From contig CBDCCZ010000004.1 of the NCBI GenBank assembly GCA_965215005.1, positions 32,001 through 96,000 of the forward strand: a stretch of 64,000 bases of DNA, given 5' to 3'. A program made the translations under genes and the position numbers. Of this stretch, positions 8,638-18,303 are shown one piece after another. The notes beneath the pieces are model-generated. The model made no database searches. It saw only the letters and a list, made by a program, of their open reading frames with translations, and was not told the origin of the DNA. Each line of letters starts with the position of its first letter. Positions within the stretch are counted from its first letter, which is position 1. This DNA is from Kofleriaceae bacterium (GTDB lineage: Bacteria; Myxococcota_A; Polyangia; Haliangiales; Haliangiaceae).

Positions 8638-9324
8638 ATGACCACTGCACTGCGTTGTGCCGCTGTCGTAGCGGCGACTCTTTTCACCAGCATTGGCGTC
8701 GTGGGCGCGCAGGAGTTCGACGAAGACGTCGACTCGGCCCCTCCGACCCGGCCGATCGTGCCGCTCGGCGGCAGCGACTTCGACCAGACGCTTGGGGCGT
8801 GGGGCTTCGAGGTAGTGGCGCAGCAGCTGCCACCCGGGCTGGTAGGAGCTGCGACGCCGGCGATCATTCCGCTTCTTGGCGTCCGCACGTGGAGCTCGCG
8901 CGAGGGTGGTTGGGAGGCGGGGGCGGCGCTGGCCTTTCGCCGCGAGAGCGAGGCCGGTGTGGATGCCTCGGCGCTCTACCTCGGGGGCACGTTTGGGTTG
9001 ATTCGGGCGCTCGGCGTCTACGATCACCTCGCGGTTTTTTGGGAGCCGCAGGGCACGCTGCTGGTGCTGGTGCCCGACGACGGCATCGATGGTACCGACA
9101 ACGACCCGGGATTCTTTGCCGAAGCGCGGGTGAGCGTTGGCGCCGAGGTGCGGCTTGGCTTTATTGGCCTCGAGCGCATCGGGCTGACCACCAAGCTCGG
9201 CGCCGGGCTGCAAGTGCTCAACGATGGTAGCGACACCGATTTTGCCGTCGGCACCTTGGGAGGCGTCGCAAACAGCGTCGAGGGGCTCCTCGAGACCAAC
9301 GTCGGATTCGTCTTCTACATGTAG
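8638..9324 (+). CDS. Putative outer-membrane beta-barrel protein
   Basis: GGAGG RBS, signal peptide, alternating beta-strands, aromatic C-terminus VGFVFYM. Confidence 0.7.
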   Translation: MTTALRCAAVVAATLFTSIGVVGAQEFDEDVDSAPPTRPIVPLGGSDFDQTLGAWGFEVVAQQLPPGLVGAATPAIIPLLGVRTWSSREGGWEAGAALAFRRESEAGVDASALYLGGTFGLIRALGVYDHLAVFWEPQGTLLVLVPDDGIDGTDNDPGFFAEARVSVGAEVRLGFIGLERIGLTTKLGAGLQVLNDGSDTDFAVGTLGGVANSVEGLLETNVGFVFYM

Positions 9325-9376
9325 CCGCTGCCTTGGCAGCCGCCGACGGGGGCTGAAGCCAGAGCGCCGATTCCGT

Positions 9377-12277
9377 ATGATCGACGCTCTGCTACCAGCT
9401 GCTCAAAAGATGATCCACGGCAGGGCGGGCCGCTATGCTTGCCGCGTCTGTTTCTGCGCGCTCGCGCTCATGGCGGTGCTCCTGCTTCTGTGCTCGAGCG
9501 CCGGCGCCGCTACCGTGCAACATCATCGTCTGGATAACGGCGTTCGGGTCGTGCTCGCGCCGCATCGCGGGGCTTCAGTCGTGGCGATGCAAGCATGGCT
9601 TGGCGTTGGGGCAGCCGACGACACTATCGCTGGCTCGGGCACTGCGCACGTCGTCGAGCACATGCTTTTCAAGGGCACGGCGCGTCGCGGGGTCGGCGAG
9701 CTCGCTCGAGTGATCGAGCAGGCCGGCGGTGACCTCGACGCGTGGACCAGCTTCGACGAGACCGTCTATCACTTGGTCTTGCCGAGTCGCCGCTTCGACA
9801 TCGGCCTCGATGTGCTCGCGGATGCGCTTGCGCATTCTCGCTTCGCTGCCGACGAGCTCGAGCGCGAGCGGCAGGTGATTCTCGAGGAGCTGCGCCATCG
9901 CGATGAAGATCCTCAGCAGGCCGCCGCGCAAGCATTGTTGGCGATGGCCTACGCCCACCAACCCTACGGCCATCCGATCCTCGGCCACCGCGAGCACGTG
10001 CAGCGGTTGCGCCGCTCGCAACTACTGCAGTTCGTGCGGGCGTGGTACGTCGGACGCAATCTCACGTTCGTGGCGGCGGGGGACTTCGAGCCGGGGTGGG
10101 CGCTCGAGCGCGTACGATTGGCTCTGGCAGCGATACCCGATGCAGCGCTGCCGCGACGTGTGGTTTCACGCGTACGCTCGGATGGCCCTCGTCACCGCGT
10201 CGCGCGGCGTGACGTCGGCCAGAGTTATGTCGCCATGGCGGTGCCCACTGCGGCCGTGGCGCATGAAGATCAGCCGGCGCTCGAGGTCTTGGCTAGCTTC
10301 TTGAATCGCGGCGGGTCCTCGCGGCTGGTGCGGCGAGTCGAGCGCGACGGCGACCTGGTGCACGCGATGGAGGTCTCCGCACACGCTCTGCGTCATGCCG
10401 GCTTATTCGTCATCACGGCGATCGTGCAGCCCGCGGCGCTCGAGTCCGCGATTCGCAGCGTCGCCGCGGAGCTCGCCGCCGTCGCCGAGCAGCCGATGCC
10501 CACCGATGCGCTTCATCGGGCACGGCGCGCCGTGGAGGCGCGAGCGGCGTTTGCTGCCGAGACCGCGCAAGGGGTGGCGCGCACGCACGGATTTTGGGCC
10601 ACGATGATCGGCGACCCCGGCCACCAGCGCCATTATCTAGCGACCGCCGCTGCCGTCGACGCCAGCCAGCTGCGTCGGGTGGCGGCGCGCTACTTCGACG
10701 CTCGCCGACTGCTGGTTGCGGCCATCGTTCCGCCGCATGGACGCGCATCTTCAATCCGCACCGGCACCGCATGGAATCATCCCCCGGGATTCGACGGCGG
10801 TGCGTCGCTAAATGCGCAACCACTGGCCGAGACGACCACCAACGAGGAGCGAGCAGCGGCCGCTCATGCGCCGTCGCAGGAGCGAGAAGCGCGTCAGCAG
10901 TCCTTCGGCCGCGAACAAACGCGTGGACGACATCGCGGGGCCGTGGTCGGGGCGCCAGGCACGGCGGGCGTTCGCGTTGCCTCTAAGCCGGACGTGGTGC
11001 GGGCGGTGCTGCCCAATGGCGTGCGAGTGTTAATCAAAGCCGACGCCGGTGCGCCATTGGTTGCCATGCGTGCTTTGTGGCCCGGCGGCGTCAGGCTAGA
11101 GCGAGAAACCAACAGCGGCGTCACTCGATTGCTCGCGGCGCTGCTTCCACGCGGCTGCGGGCAGTTAGGTGCCAAAGCCTTCGCCAAGCGCGTCGACGAC
11201 ATGGCCGGCTCCATCGTCGGCATCGCCGGCCGCGACTCCTTCGGGCTGCGCGCCGAGTGGCTCGCGCGCGACTGGCGCGAGGGGTTGGAGTTGCTTGCCG
11301 ACTGCCTCACGACGCCGGCACTGCCGTCGCGCGAGCTCACTCGCGAGCGCCGCCGCGCTCTAAACGAGCTGCGCGCGCGCGGCCGAAATCCCAGCTACGC
11401 CGCATTCCGAGCGCTGCACGAAACTCTGTTTCGCAGCCATCCCTACCGCTTCGATCCGCTCGGCCGCCCGGAGGCGCTTGCCTCGATCTCACGAGATGAC
11501 CTCCTCGACCTCTATCAGCACCGTTATCCGCTCTCTGCGATGACGATCGCCATCGTCGGCGATGTCGAGCCCGGCGAGGTGCTCCGCGAGCTCCGTGAGC
11601 GCTTCGCGGATGCACCGCGCCGCCGCGCATCCAAGCCCGAGGTGGCAGGCGAGACCTTCGACGGTCGCAGCGATGCTGAGCGCCAGGTGTTCCGTTTTCT
11701 CGACCGCCAGCAGGCGCATCTGGTCGTCGGCTTTCCGGGCACCACCCTGGCCAGTCCCGATCGCGCTGCTCTGGAAATCCTAGCGACGGTTCTCGGCGGG
11801 CAGGGCGGCCGACTGTTTCTCGAGCTGCGCGAGCGTCAAGCTCTGGCCTATCGCATCAGTGCGCAGTCGGTCGAGGGAGTCGACCGCGGCGTAATCGCGT
11901 TTTACCTCGCCTGCAGCCCTAGCAAGCTGCCCGCGGCGGTTCGTGGCTTGCGCGTCGAGCTGCAGCGAGTGGTCGATGAGGGCATCGATCCCGAGGAGCT
12001 AGAGCGTGCGGTCGAGTACCTGGTGGGCGTCCATGAAATTGCGCTACAGCGGCGCGCTGCAGTCGCCGCCGCCATGGCGTTTCATGAAGCCCACGGCCTC
12101 GGCTGGGACGCCTATCGCCGTTATGCCGCCGAGCTTGCCGCGGTCACCGTTGCCCAGGTGCAGCAGGTGGCGCGCAAGTACCTCGACTGGAAGCTCGCGG
12201 TTACCTCGACCGTCATGCCGCCGACTCTCACCCCAGGCGCGGGCCGACGCGCGAGCCCTCGGAGGCCCGTGCCGTGA
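9377..12277 (+). CDS. M16 family zinc peptidase (insulinase/pitrilysin-like, two-module)
   Basis: Inverted zinc motif HVVEH-MLFKGT, AWTSFDETVY, second M16 module lacking HxxEH; start uncertain. Confidence 0.9.
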   Translation: MIDALLPAAQKMIHGRAGRYACRVCFCALALMAVLLLLCSSAGAATVQHHRLDNGVRVVLAPHRGASVVAMQAWLGVGAADDTIAGSGTAHVVEHMLFKGTARRGVGELARVIEQAGGDLDAWTSFDETVYHLVLPSRRFDIGLDVLADALAHSRFAADELERERQVILEELRHRDEDPQQAAAQALLAMAYAHQPYGHPILGHREHVQRLRRSQLLQFVRAWYVGRNLTFVAAGDFEPGWALERVRLALAAIPDAALPRRVVSRVRSDGPRHRVARRDVGQSYVAMAVPTAAVAHEDQPALEVLASFLNRGGSSRLVRRVERDGDLVHAMEVSAHALRHAGLFVITAIVQPAALESAIRSVAAELAAVAEQPMPTDALHRARRAVEARAAFAAETAQGVARTHGFWATMIGDPGHQRHYLATAAAVDASQLRRVAARYFDARRLLVAAIVPPHGRASSIRTGTAWNHPPGFDGGASLNAQPLAETTTNEERAAAAHAPSQEREARQQSFGREQTRGRHRGAVVGAPGTAGVRVASKPDVVRAVLPNGVRVLIKADAGAPLVAMRALWPGGVRLERETNSGVTRLLAALLPRGCGQLGAKAFAKRVDDMAGSIVGIAGRDSFGLRAEWLARDWREGLELLADCLTTPALPSRELTRERRRALNELRARGRNPSYAAFRALHETLFRSHPYRFDPLGRPEALASISRDDLLDLYQHRYPLSAMTIAIVGDVEPGEVLRELRERFADAPRRRASKPEVAGETFDGRSDAERQVFRFLDRQQAHLVVGFPGTTLASPDRAALEILATVLGGQGGRLFLELRERQALAYRISAQSVEGVDRGVIAFYLACSPSKLPAAVRGLRVELQRVVDEGIDPEELERAVEYLVGVHEIALQRRAAVAAAMAFHEAHGLGWDAYRRYAAELAAVTVAQVQQVARKYLDWKLAVTSTVMPPTLTPGAGRRASPRRPVP

Positions 12278-12999
12278 GCCGCTCACGCCCCTGCCATGGC
12301 TCGCTAGGTCGCGGCGAGCTGGCCAGCAGCCTGGTCTTCATCGTTCCCTTATTCCTCGCCTATGAGGTAGGGGTTCTGTTCTCGCCTTCGGTCAACGGCG
12401 TCGACTTCGTCACGCGCCATGTGTACGCCGCGCTCGATCACGATCGCGGCCGTTATCTGCTCTTTCACTTGGCGCTGGCGATCGCGTTCGGTGTGTATCT
12501 GCTGGTTTTGCGTCGACGCCGGCAGCTCGGCTTCGATTCGTATTTGGCTATGGTCCTCGAGTCGACCATCTATGCCATCACGCTGGGCTCGGCGATCGTC
12601 TTTCTCATGCAGGAGTTGCTGGGCTTTCAGCTCACCCTCGCGGTCAACGTCGACTCGCTGAGCCTCGGCGATTCTGGACGGGCCATCGTTACCTCGCTTG
12701 GCGCTGGTGTGCACGAAGAGCTGGTATTTCGGCTTGGACTGATGGGCGGCGGCCACGCCCTGTTGCGCCGCACGGCGATCGCGAGCGGCCCTGCGTTGGT
12801 CATCGCCTTGATCGGCTCGGCGGTGCTGTTCTCGGCGGCGCATCACGTGGGCCCGCATGGCGATGCGTGGGACGCGAGCGTATTCACCTATCGAGCGCTA
12901 GCCGGGGTGGCCTTCGGACTCATCTTTTATTACCGCTCGCTGGCGCACGCGGTGTATACGCACGTGCTCTACGATCTTTACGTGCTGCTCATCCGGTGA
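12274..12999 (+). CDS. CPBP (CAAX/Abi) family intramembrane glutamic endopeptidase
   Basis: HEELVFR, FSAAHH and HxxYD motifs in a multi-TM protein; GTGA overlap with the upstream gene. Confidence 0.85.
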   Translation: MSRSRPCHGSLGRGELASSLVFIVPLFLAYEVGVLFSPSVNGVDFVTRHVYAALDHDRGRYLLFHLALAIAFGVYLLVLRRRRQLGFDSYLAMVLESTIYAITLGSAIVFLMQELLGFQLTLAVNVDSLSLGDSGRAIVTSLGAGVHEELVFRLGLMGGGHALLRRTAIASGPALVIALIGSAVLFSAAHHVGPHGDAWDASVFTYRALAGVAFGLIFYYRSLAHAVYTHVLYDLYVLLIR

Positions 13000-13373
13000 A
13001 GCTCGCCTTTTTGATAGCCCTCTGCGGAGCTGTTGGCACCATCGCCCGCTACTTCGTCGGCCTCGGCGTCACTCGCCTCAGCGGCTCCTCGCTGGCGTGG
13101 GGAACTCTCACCGTGAACGTGCTCGGCTCCTTCGCCATGGGCTTGATCATGGGAATCTTCGCGGCCCGCGGCGAGCTCGACTCGCGACTGCGAATCGCCA
13201 TCACGGTTGGCTTCCTCGGCGGCTTCACCACCTACTCCTCGTTCGCGCTCGAGACCGTGACGCTGCTCGAGCGCCGGCAGGCGGTGTGGGCAGCGCTTTA
13301 CGTGCTCGGCACGCTGCTCTTGGCCGGCGGCGCCTGCTGGGGAGGGTTTCTGCTCGCTCGATCGTTTCGCTAG
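12996..13373 (+). CDS. crcB: Fluoride channel FluC/CrcB
   Basis: [35 protein letters not shown] start overlapping the upstream stop. Confidence 0.95.
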   Translation: MKLAFLIALCGAVGTIARYFVGLGVTRLSGSSLAWGTLTVNVLGSFAMGLIMGIFAARGELDSRLRIAITVGFLGGFTTYSSFALETVTLLERRQAVWAALYVLGTLLLAGGACWGGFLLARSFR

Positions 13374-13407
13374 CTCGGCGTGATGAACGGTTCGCTTCCC
13401 TGCGCGC

Positions 13408-14340
13408 CTATAGCAGCAGGGAAAGGGGATTTCGCTCGAGCCGCATCTCTTCAACGTAGAGCTTGATTGAGGCCATCTTTGGCTCCGCTTTGTTTGCTTC
13501 GCTCTTGTCGATACGGAATTCTTGAATGCCCACACGCGATAGCTCCACCGACATCAGCTCCGAGCGCAAATCGGGCGTCATGTAGCTGATGACGCCGCTG
13601 CGCTCCTGGCGCACGTCGATGTCGCCGTTGACGATGTAGTCGCTGTACCACTTGCGGAAGCCCCCCGCGTTGACGAGTGGGATACGCAGCGTGAGCTCGG
13701 GGAACTCCAGGCTCATCGGCTCGAGGGTGGGGAAGCGATCCTCGCCGACGTGAAGCTGGTTGACGTTCTGCTTGATGGTGAACGACTCGACGCTCACGAT
13801 GTGCTCGCAGCCGTCGATCCCATCGAGGCTCATGCGGAAGTTGGATGCGAGCCAGGGAATCTGTTTGGCGAGGTTTGCTGGCGAGTACACGGGCAAGCCA
13901 TCGCCTTCGCGCAGCTCGACGTGTTGTGGGTGGAGCTTGATCGTGATGTAGCCAGCTTCGTCCGAGTGGGCGTCGAGCTTGGGAAGCGTGGTCTCGATCA
14001 AGAGCGCGTCGGTGTAGTGCATCTCATAGCGCGAGCTCCCATCGTAGTCGGCGTGGATGATCTCACCGCTGAGCCGGTCATAGTCGCGCCGCCAGGCTTT
14101 TTGAATCGACTCGAGCACGGTCCAACTAAACCCCATGCCGAGCTCGATGGTGAGTGGCTCGATTTCCACCGTTCCCACGTGCTTGAACGCCAGCGCCGTG
14201 GGACCAGTGGATTCGCTCACGACGTTTCCCTTCACTTGTCCACCGTCGACCGACTTGACGAAGGCGGTGTCGAGCACCCCATCGATGGTGAAACGAAAGC
14301 GTCCGGCGGCGAAGCTGGTCCTGTCGAAGATTCCTAACAT
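13408..14340 (-). CDS. Phage tail tube-like protein with two tandem T4 gp19/Afp1-type domains
   Basis: Both halves follow the pattern F..x.DG...V.S.....L.....R.G.I....D....x.A; GAGGAG RBS before ATG 14340. Confidence 0.75.
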   Translation of the reverse strand: MLGIFDRTSFAAGRFRFTIDGVLDTAFVKSVDGGQVKGNVVSESTGPTALAFKHVGTVEIEPLTIELGMGFSWTVLESIQKAWRRDYDRLSGEIIHADYDGSSRYEMHYTDALLIETTLPKLDAHSDEAGYITIKLHPQHVELREGDGLPVYSPANLAKQIPWLASNFRMSLDGIDGCEHIVSVESFTIKQNVNQLHVGEDRFPTLEPMSLEFPELTLRIPLVNAGGFRKWYSDYIVNGDIDVRQERSGVISYMTPDLRSELMSVELSRVGIQEFRIDKSEANKAEPKMASIKLYVEEMRLERNPLSLLL

Positions 14341-14540
14341 GGTCGTGCTCCTCGAAGTTGGCGTCATCCTAGTACGCGTAAACCGCTGTGCTCCTTCCGC
14401 GGCCAACAGTGGGGCCGAGATCCCCAGAGCAACGGCCTGGGTAGCCGCCGAATTGCTCGCGATCACAGGATGTTGGCTCGCTTTGACGCGGTGGTAAGCC
14501 GGGGCCCGAGGTTCCGGCCCTAACGCAGTTGATCCCGTAA

Positions 14541-14573
14541 TTTCAAGAGGTTACCGATGGCACGAGGGTTGAA
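14541..14573 (+). promoter_or_regulatory. Putative sigma54 promoter with an adjacent IHF-like site
   Basis: TGGCACG-AGGG-TTGAA at 14558-14573 (perfect -24 box, variant -12); TTTCAAGAGGTTA at 14541-14553 is one mismatch from WATCAANNNNTTR. Confidence 0.55.
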
Positions 14574-14591
14574 GATATCGCCAGCGGAACC

Positions 14592-16079
14592 ATGAGCAAG
14601 ACCAACACAAACATCTTTCTTACGGTCGCCGCCGGGGTCTTCTTGCTTCTTGGTATCTGGAACGCCTCGACGGCCAACGCAGAAACAGTACGCACGTCCA
14701 AAACCGCGCGGGTGATGAAGCGCCCCGGGGAACGGTCGAGCGTCGTAACCCGTGTCGACCCAGGCACGGAGATGAAGGTTCTCGACCGCACCGGCCGTTG
14801 GGTCAAGGTGCGGGTCGACGGGCGCACCGGCTGGGTCACGCGCACGTCCCTCGCAGCGCCCGATCGCCAGGCCCGCACGGTCTCCAAGACCCGGCGTCGC
14901 GCGTTCGTCGATGGTCGCTCGACCCGGCGCGGCGGCATTGCCGGCGCCCCCGAGGATCGCGTCGGAGCCGACGCCATCGAGGAAGAGGAGATCATCGAAG
15001 AGGACGAAGCGCCGCGTCGAGCGCGGGCGCGCCGAGCAGACGATGAGGTTGCCATTCTCGAGGATGAAGAGCTCGACGACGGCGGCTTCGAGGATGAGAT
15101 TGAGGAGGATAGGGCGGAGCCGGCTAAGCGCGTCGTCATGGTGACCGCTGCCAAATCGGAGCTGCGCTCGCGCCCGTCGAAGAAGTCGCGTCGAGTGATG
15201 CGGGTAAAGGAGGGCGAGGAGCTGTTCTTCGTTCGCGAGAGCGAGTCGGGTAACTGGATGCTCGTCGAAGACAGCGGTGGTGAAGCCGGCTGGATTCGCT
15301 CTTCCGAAGTTGGCAATTCGGGCTTCAACTACCCCGCCTCGACCAAGTTCGCCAACGCCCGCCTCGGGTACGCGAGTCTCAGCTCGGAGTTTCGCTCGAA
15401 CGGCGCCGGTGAGCTCGCCAACTACGACACCTCGGCAGCCGCAGCTTCGGTCGGCATCGGCGGTGAATACATCTATCGCTACTCACCGACCTATCTCATT
15501 CGCGTCGATGGTAGCTATCTCGGTGCGCGCAGCTCGCCCGGCATTCGTTTCACCAATGCCGCCGGCATGAGCAGCGACATCGCCTTCATCTCTCATGAGG
15601 TCGCCGCCGGCGCCGCACTTGGCTACAACTTCCAAAACGAGCGGGGCATCGCCGCATATGCCCGCGCCGGGTATCACTACGGCAAGCTCGATATCTCTGA
15701 TGGCTCCGACATCGCCGTGAACACAGCGTATCTGCCTTCTGAGATCCTCTCCGGCATCACCGTGGGCGCTCTCGTCGATGTTCCGCGCTTGACGAACAAA
15801 ATTGGTGCTCGCATCGGCCTCGACCTGCTCTACCCAAACGGCAAGCTGCAACAGACGCAAGGTCTAGAAGATGGCACGAGCTCCGACGTCACCGCAGCCT
15901 GGGGAACGGCCCTGCTCGTTTATCAGTGGAAGCCGGCGTGGGACATCACCGGCGGGTACCGGTACGGCTACTCCAAGGTCGACTTCGAAGGTGCGTCCAT
16001 GCGTCCGCACGCCGCGACCGAAGCCGACCGCAAGAACGTCTCCCACACTCTATCTTTGGGGGTCGGCAAGTCCTTCTAA
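14592..16079 (+). CDS. Secreted protein with two SH3b-like domains and a C-terminal outer-membrane beta-barrel
   Basis: Signal peptide; WVKVRVDGRTGWV and WMLVEDSGGEAGWI SH3 motifs around an acidic linker; C-terminal strands ending in Phe. Confidence 0.8.
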   Translation: MSKTNTNIFLTVAAGVFLLLGIWNASTANAETVRTSKTARVMKRPGERSSVVTRVDPGTEMKVLDRTGRWVKVRVDGRTGWVTRTSLAAPDRQARTVSKTRRRAFVDGRSTRRGGIAGAPEDRVGADAIEEEEIIEEDEAPRRARARRADDEVAILEDEELDDGGFEDEIEEDRAEPAKRVVMVTAAKSELRSRPSKKSRRVMRVKEGEELFFVRESESGNWMLVEDSGGEAGWIRSSEVGNSGFNYPASTKFANARLGYASLSSEFRSNGAGELANYDTSAAAASVGIGGEYIYRYSPTYLIRVDGSYLGARSSPGIRFTNAAGMSSDIAFISHEVAAGAALGYNFQNERGIAAYARAGYHYGKLDISDGSDIAVNTAYLPSEILSGITVGALVDVPRLTNKIGARIGLDLLYPNGKLQQTQGLEDGTSSDVTAAWGTALLVYQWKPAWDITGGYRYGYSKVDFEGASMRPHAATEADRKNVSHTLSLGVGKSF

Positions 16080-16249
16080 GGAACGAGCCACGGATCGAGA
16101 CCGAGCTGATTACGAACGTGTCGGCTTGCATCAGCGGCTGGGAAGGGAGAACCCCGACCTGGCCGCTCGTGCGTCGAGGCGACGCGATGGACGCGCAACT
16201 CGCACCAGCAGCTTGCCGTGGTTGGCCAGGCTGCCGTAACGTGCGCCCC

Positions 16250-16522
16250 ATGTCGGTCGGTGATGTTGCTGCCGCCTATCAAGCGTATCTCGCGCGTTTC
16301 GAGAGGACCTTGGGCGAGTGCGAGATAGGCAGTTTTGCCAAACACGAGGGCAAGCTGGTCAAGAAGCTGGCGGCACAGCAGTTTGCGGCCGTCTGGGACG
16401 AGTACCACCACGTCACCGGCGCTTACTTCGATAGCATCAAACGCGGCGACACCATCAACGACGTGTTGGTCAAGCTCATCCGCGACCGTGCCGCGCAGCT
16501 GGTGCTGCCAAGTCCGGTCTAA
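16250..16522 (+). CDS. Small hypothetical protein
   Basis: Protein-like 90-aa ORF; TAACGT 7 nt before the ATG. Confidence 0.65.
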   Translation: MSVGDVAAAYQAYLARFERTLGECEIGSFAKHEGKLVKKLAAQQFAAVWDEYHHVTGAYFDSIKRGDTINDVLVKLIRDRAAQLVLPSPV

Positions 16523-16545
16523 CGGTTGCCCCGTTTCCGACGTGG

Positions 16546-16872
16546 TTACCTCGGCGGCAGCTGCAGGTCTTCGACGTCCAAGCGGCTCAGGGCCATGCGG
16601 ATCAGCTGCGACTTATTGGCCTTGGTGTAGCCGCGACGTTTGAGCTCAGCGACCTTGGCCTCCAGCTCCTCGATGTCTTGGGTATACATCGAGATGCAGA
16701 TCACCTTGTAGTGAGTGGGTTTGGCCGTTGCGGCGCGGCGGCGGCGCGGGCGCGACTCATCGTGCCTAGAAGAGGCTGGCCGCTGCTCGCTAGGCTGGCC
16801 ATAGAAGTCCTCCGCCAAGATCGAGTCACTCTCGCCAAGCGGGTCGTGGCGTAGAATCTTGTCCTCCTGCAT
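16546..16872 (-). CDS. Small protein with a C-terminal ribbon-helix-helix-like domain (ParG-like partner of ParA)
   Basis: [14 protein letters not shown].....L.......[10 protein letters not shown] fits an RHH pattern; AGGAG RBS; 9 bp downstream of parA. Confidence 0.7.
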   Translation of the reverse strand: MQEDKILRHDPLGESDSILAEDFYGQPSEQRPASSRHDESRPRRRRAATAKPTHYKVICISMYTQDIEELEAKVAELKRRGYTKANKSQLIRMALSRLDVEDLQLPPR

Positions 16873-16881
16873 CGATGTCTC

Positions 16882-17814
16882 CTAAGCTGCTGTATCGAGG
16901 CTGTGCTCCGCTCGAGCGTCTACCAGCCAATCGACGACGCGGTCGTAGTCATGAGCGCCACTGGAGCGGGGCGCATACTCAAAGATCGTTCGCTTGTGGC
17001 TTGGCGCCTCGGCGAGGCGAGTGTTGAGCCGGATGGGGTCGAGACACTTACCGCGGAAGTGTTCCTGCAACGTCGCCAGCACCTCGCGAGACAGCCGCGC
17101 GCGCCGGTTGAAGAAGGTAGGTAGCACGGCGGAAACCCGCACTGTGTGGTGCAGGTGGCGCTCGATGTCCTTGATCGTGCGTAGCACTTGCTTGACGCCC
17201 ACCAGTGCGAGGTAATCACAGGTTACCGGGATGATGACCTCGTCTGCGTAGCTCAGGGCGTTCTGGTTGAGCAAGTTTAGCGACGGCCCGCAGTCGAGCA
17301 CGACCAGCTCATACCGTCGTGCGACCGCCATCGTGTTGAGTCTACGTGTCATCACTCGCGCGCGGTCAACCGGCTCTTGGCGTGCGAGCCAGATTTCTGC
17401 CGCTGCCAACGCGCGATCGCTGGTGATGACGTCCAAGCTCGACCGAACCGGCACCGCTGCGACCGCCGGATCGGCACCGTCGACCAACACGTGGTAGAGG
17501 GTTTGCTCGCCGGCAACGCCAAGCGACACTCCGACGTTGCCCTGAGCATCGGTGTCGACGAGGAGGACGCGGTGACCACGCTCTGCGGCGCCGGCAGCCA
17601 AGCTCACGGCGGTGGTCGTTTTACCGGTGCCACCCTTCTGATTGAGGATCGCGATGCGTCGCGCCCGTGGGGCACGTATTGCCTCGTCGCCAAGCACATG
17701 GCGTCGGCAACCAAGCGTGCAGAAAAACAGTCGCTCCTGCGCGGTGGTCGTCGCTAGCTGGTAGACGTACGAGGGCGCGAACGTCGACCCACAACGCGAG
17801 CAGGCCCGGGTCAT
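16882..17814 (-). CDS. ParA/Soj family ATPase with an N-terminal Cys-rich (TRASH/YHS-like) domain
   Basis: Deviant Walker [32 protein letters not shown]-terminal CxxC...FCxxxC. Confidence 0.9.
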   Translation of the reverse strand: MTRACSRCGSTFAPSYVYQLATTTAQERLFFCTLGCRRHVLGDEAIRAPRARRIAILNQKGGTGKTTTAVSLAAGAAERGHRVLLVDTDAQGNVGVSLGVAGEQTLYHVLVDGADPAVAAVPVRSSLDVITSDRALAAAEIWLARQEPVDRARVMTRRLNTMAVARRYELVVLDCGPSLNLLNQNALSYADEVIIPVTCDYLALVGVKQVLRTIKDIERHLHHTVRVSAVLPTFFNRRARLSREVLATLQEHFRGKCLDPIRLNTRLAEAPSHKRTIFEYAPRSSGAHDYDRVVDWLVDARAEHSLDTAA

Positions 17815-18303
17815 GCGCCATATAGAAGCCGGCGACGGGCTATTGGGCAACTTTTCGGCACCGGCGGCGCGCGTTGGTAAGCATGCGCGGCGGCGGAGCC
17901 CTTAGGAACACCAGGGTGACCATGCTGTTGAAAGGGTGATGCCGCTTCTCGTGGTGCGACAGTGAACGGCTCCGAAGCAAGGCACTACTCACGATTGCGA
18001 TGACCAGCCACCGCCGCGGGATTCGAAGCCACTCGCCGCGCTCGCGACGTGGTCGATGGACAACGTGCTTGCCGCGAGGATTCCCTTCGGGTACTACGTC
18101 GGCGAGCAAGCGACCGTGGTTGAGTGAGCGGCTCGAGGGGATTGGCCACCGCGTGCGCAGTGAATCGCTCCGCGCGTGCCTATGACTGCAGGCGACATGA
18201 TTTCGACCCTCCGACAGGCCCATAGCGCTGCGCGAGCCGGTGTTGGCGGCGCGACGGCTCGGAACCACGACCGCCAAGCGGTGGCTGCGCTGTATGCCTG
18301 ACG

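Noticed and set aside
13408..14340. Prophage
   Set aside because: A single tail-tube-like gene with no other phage genes or att sites.
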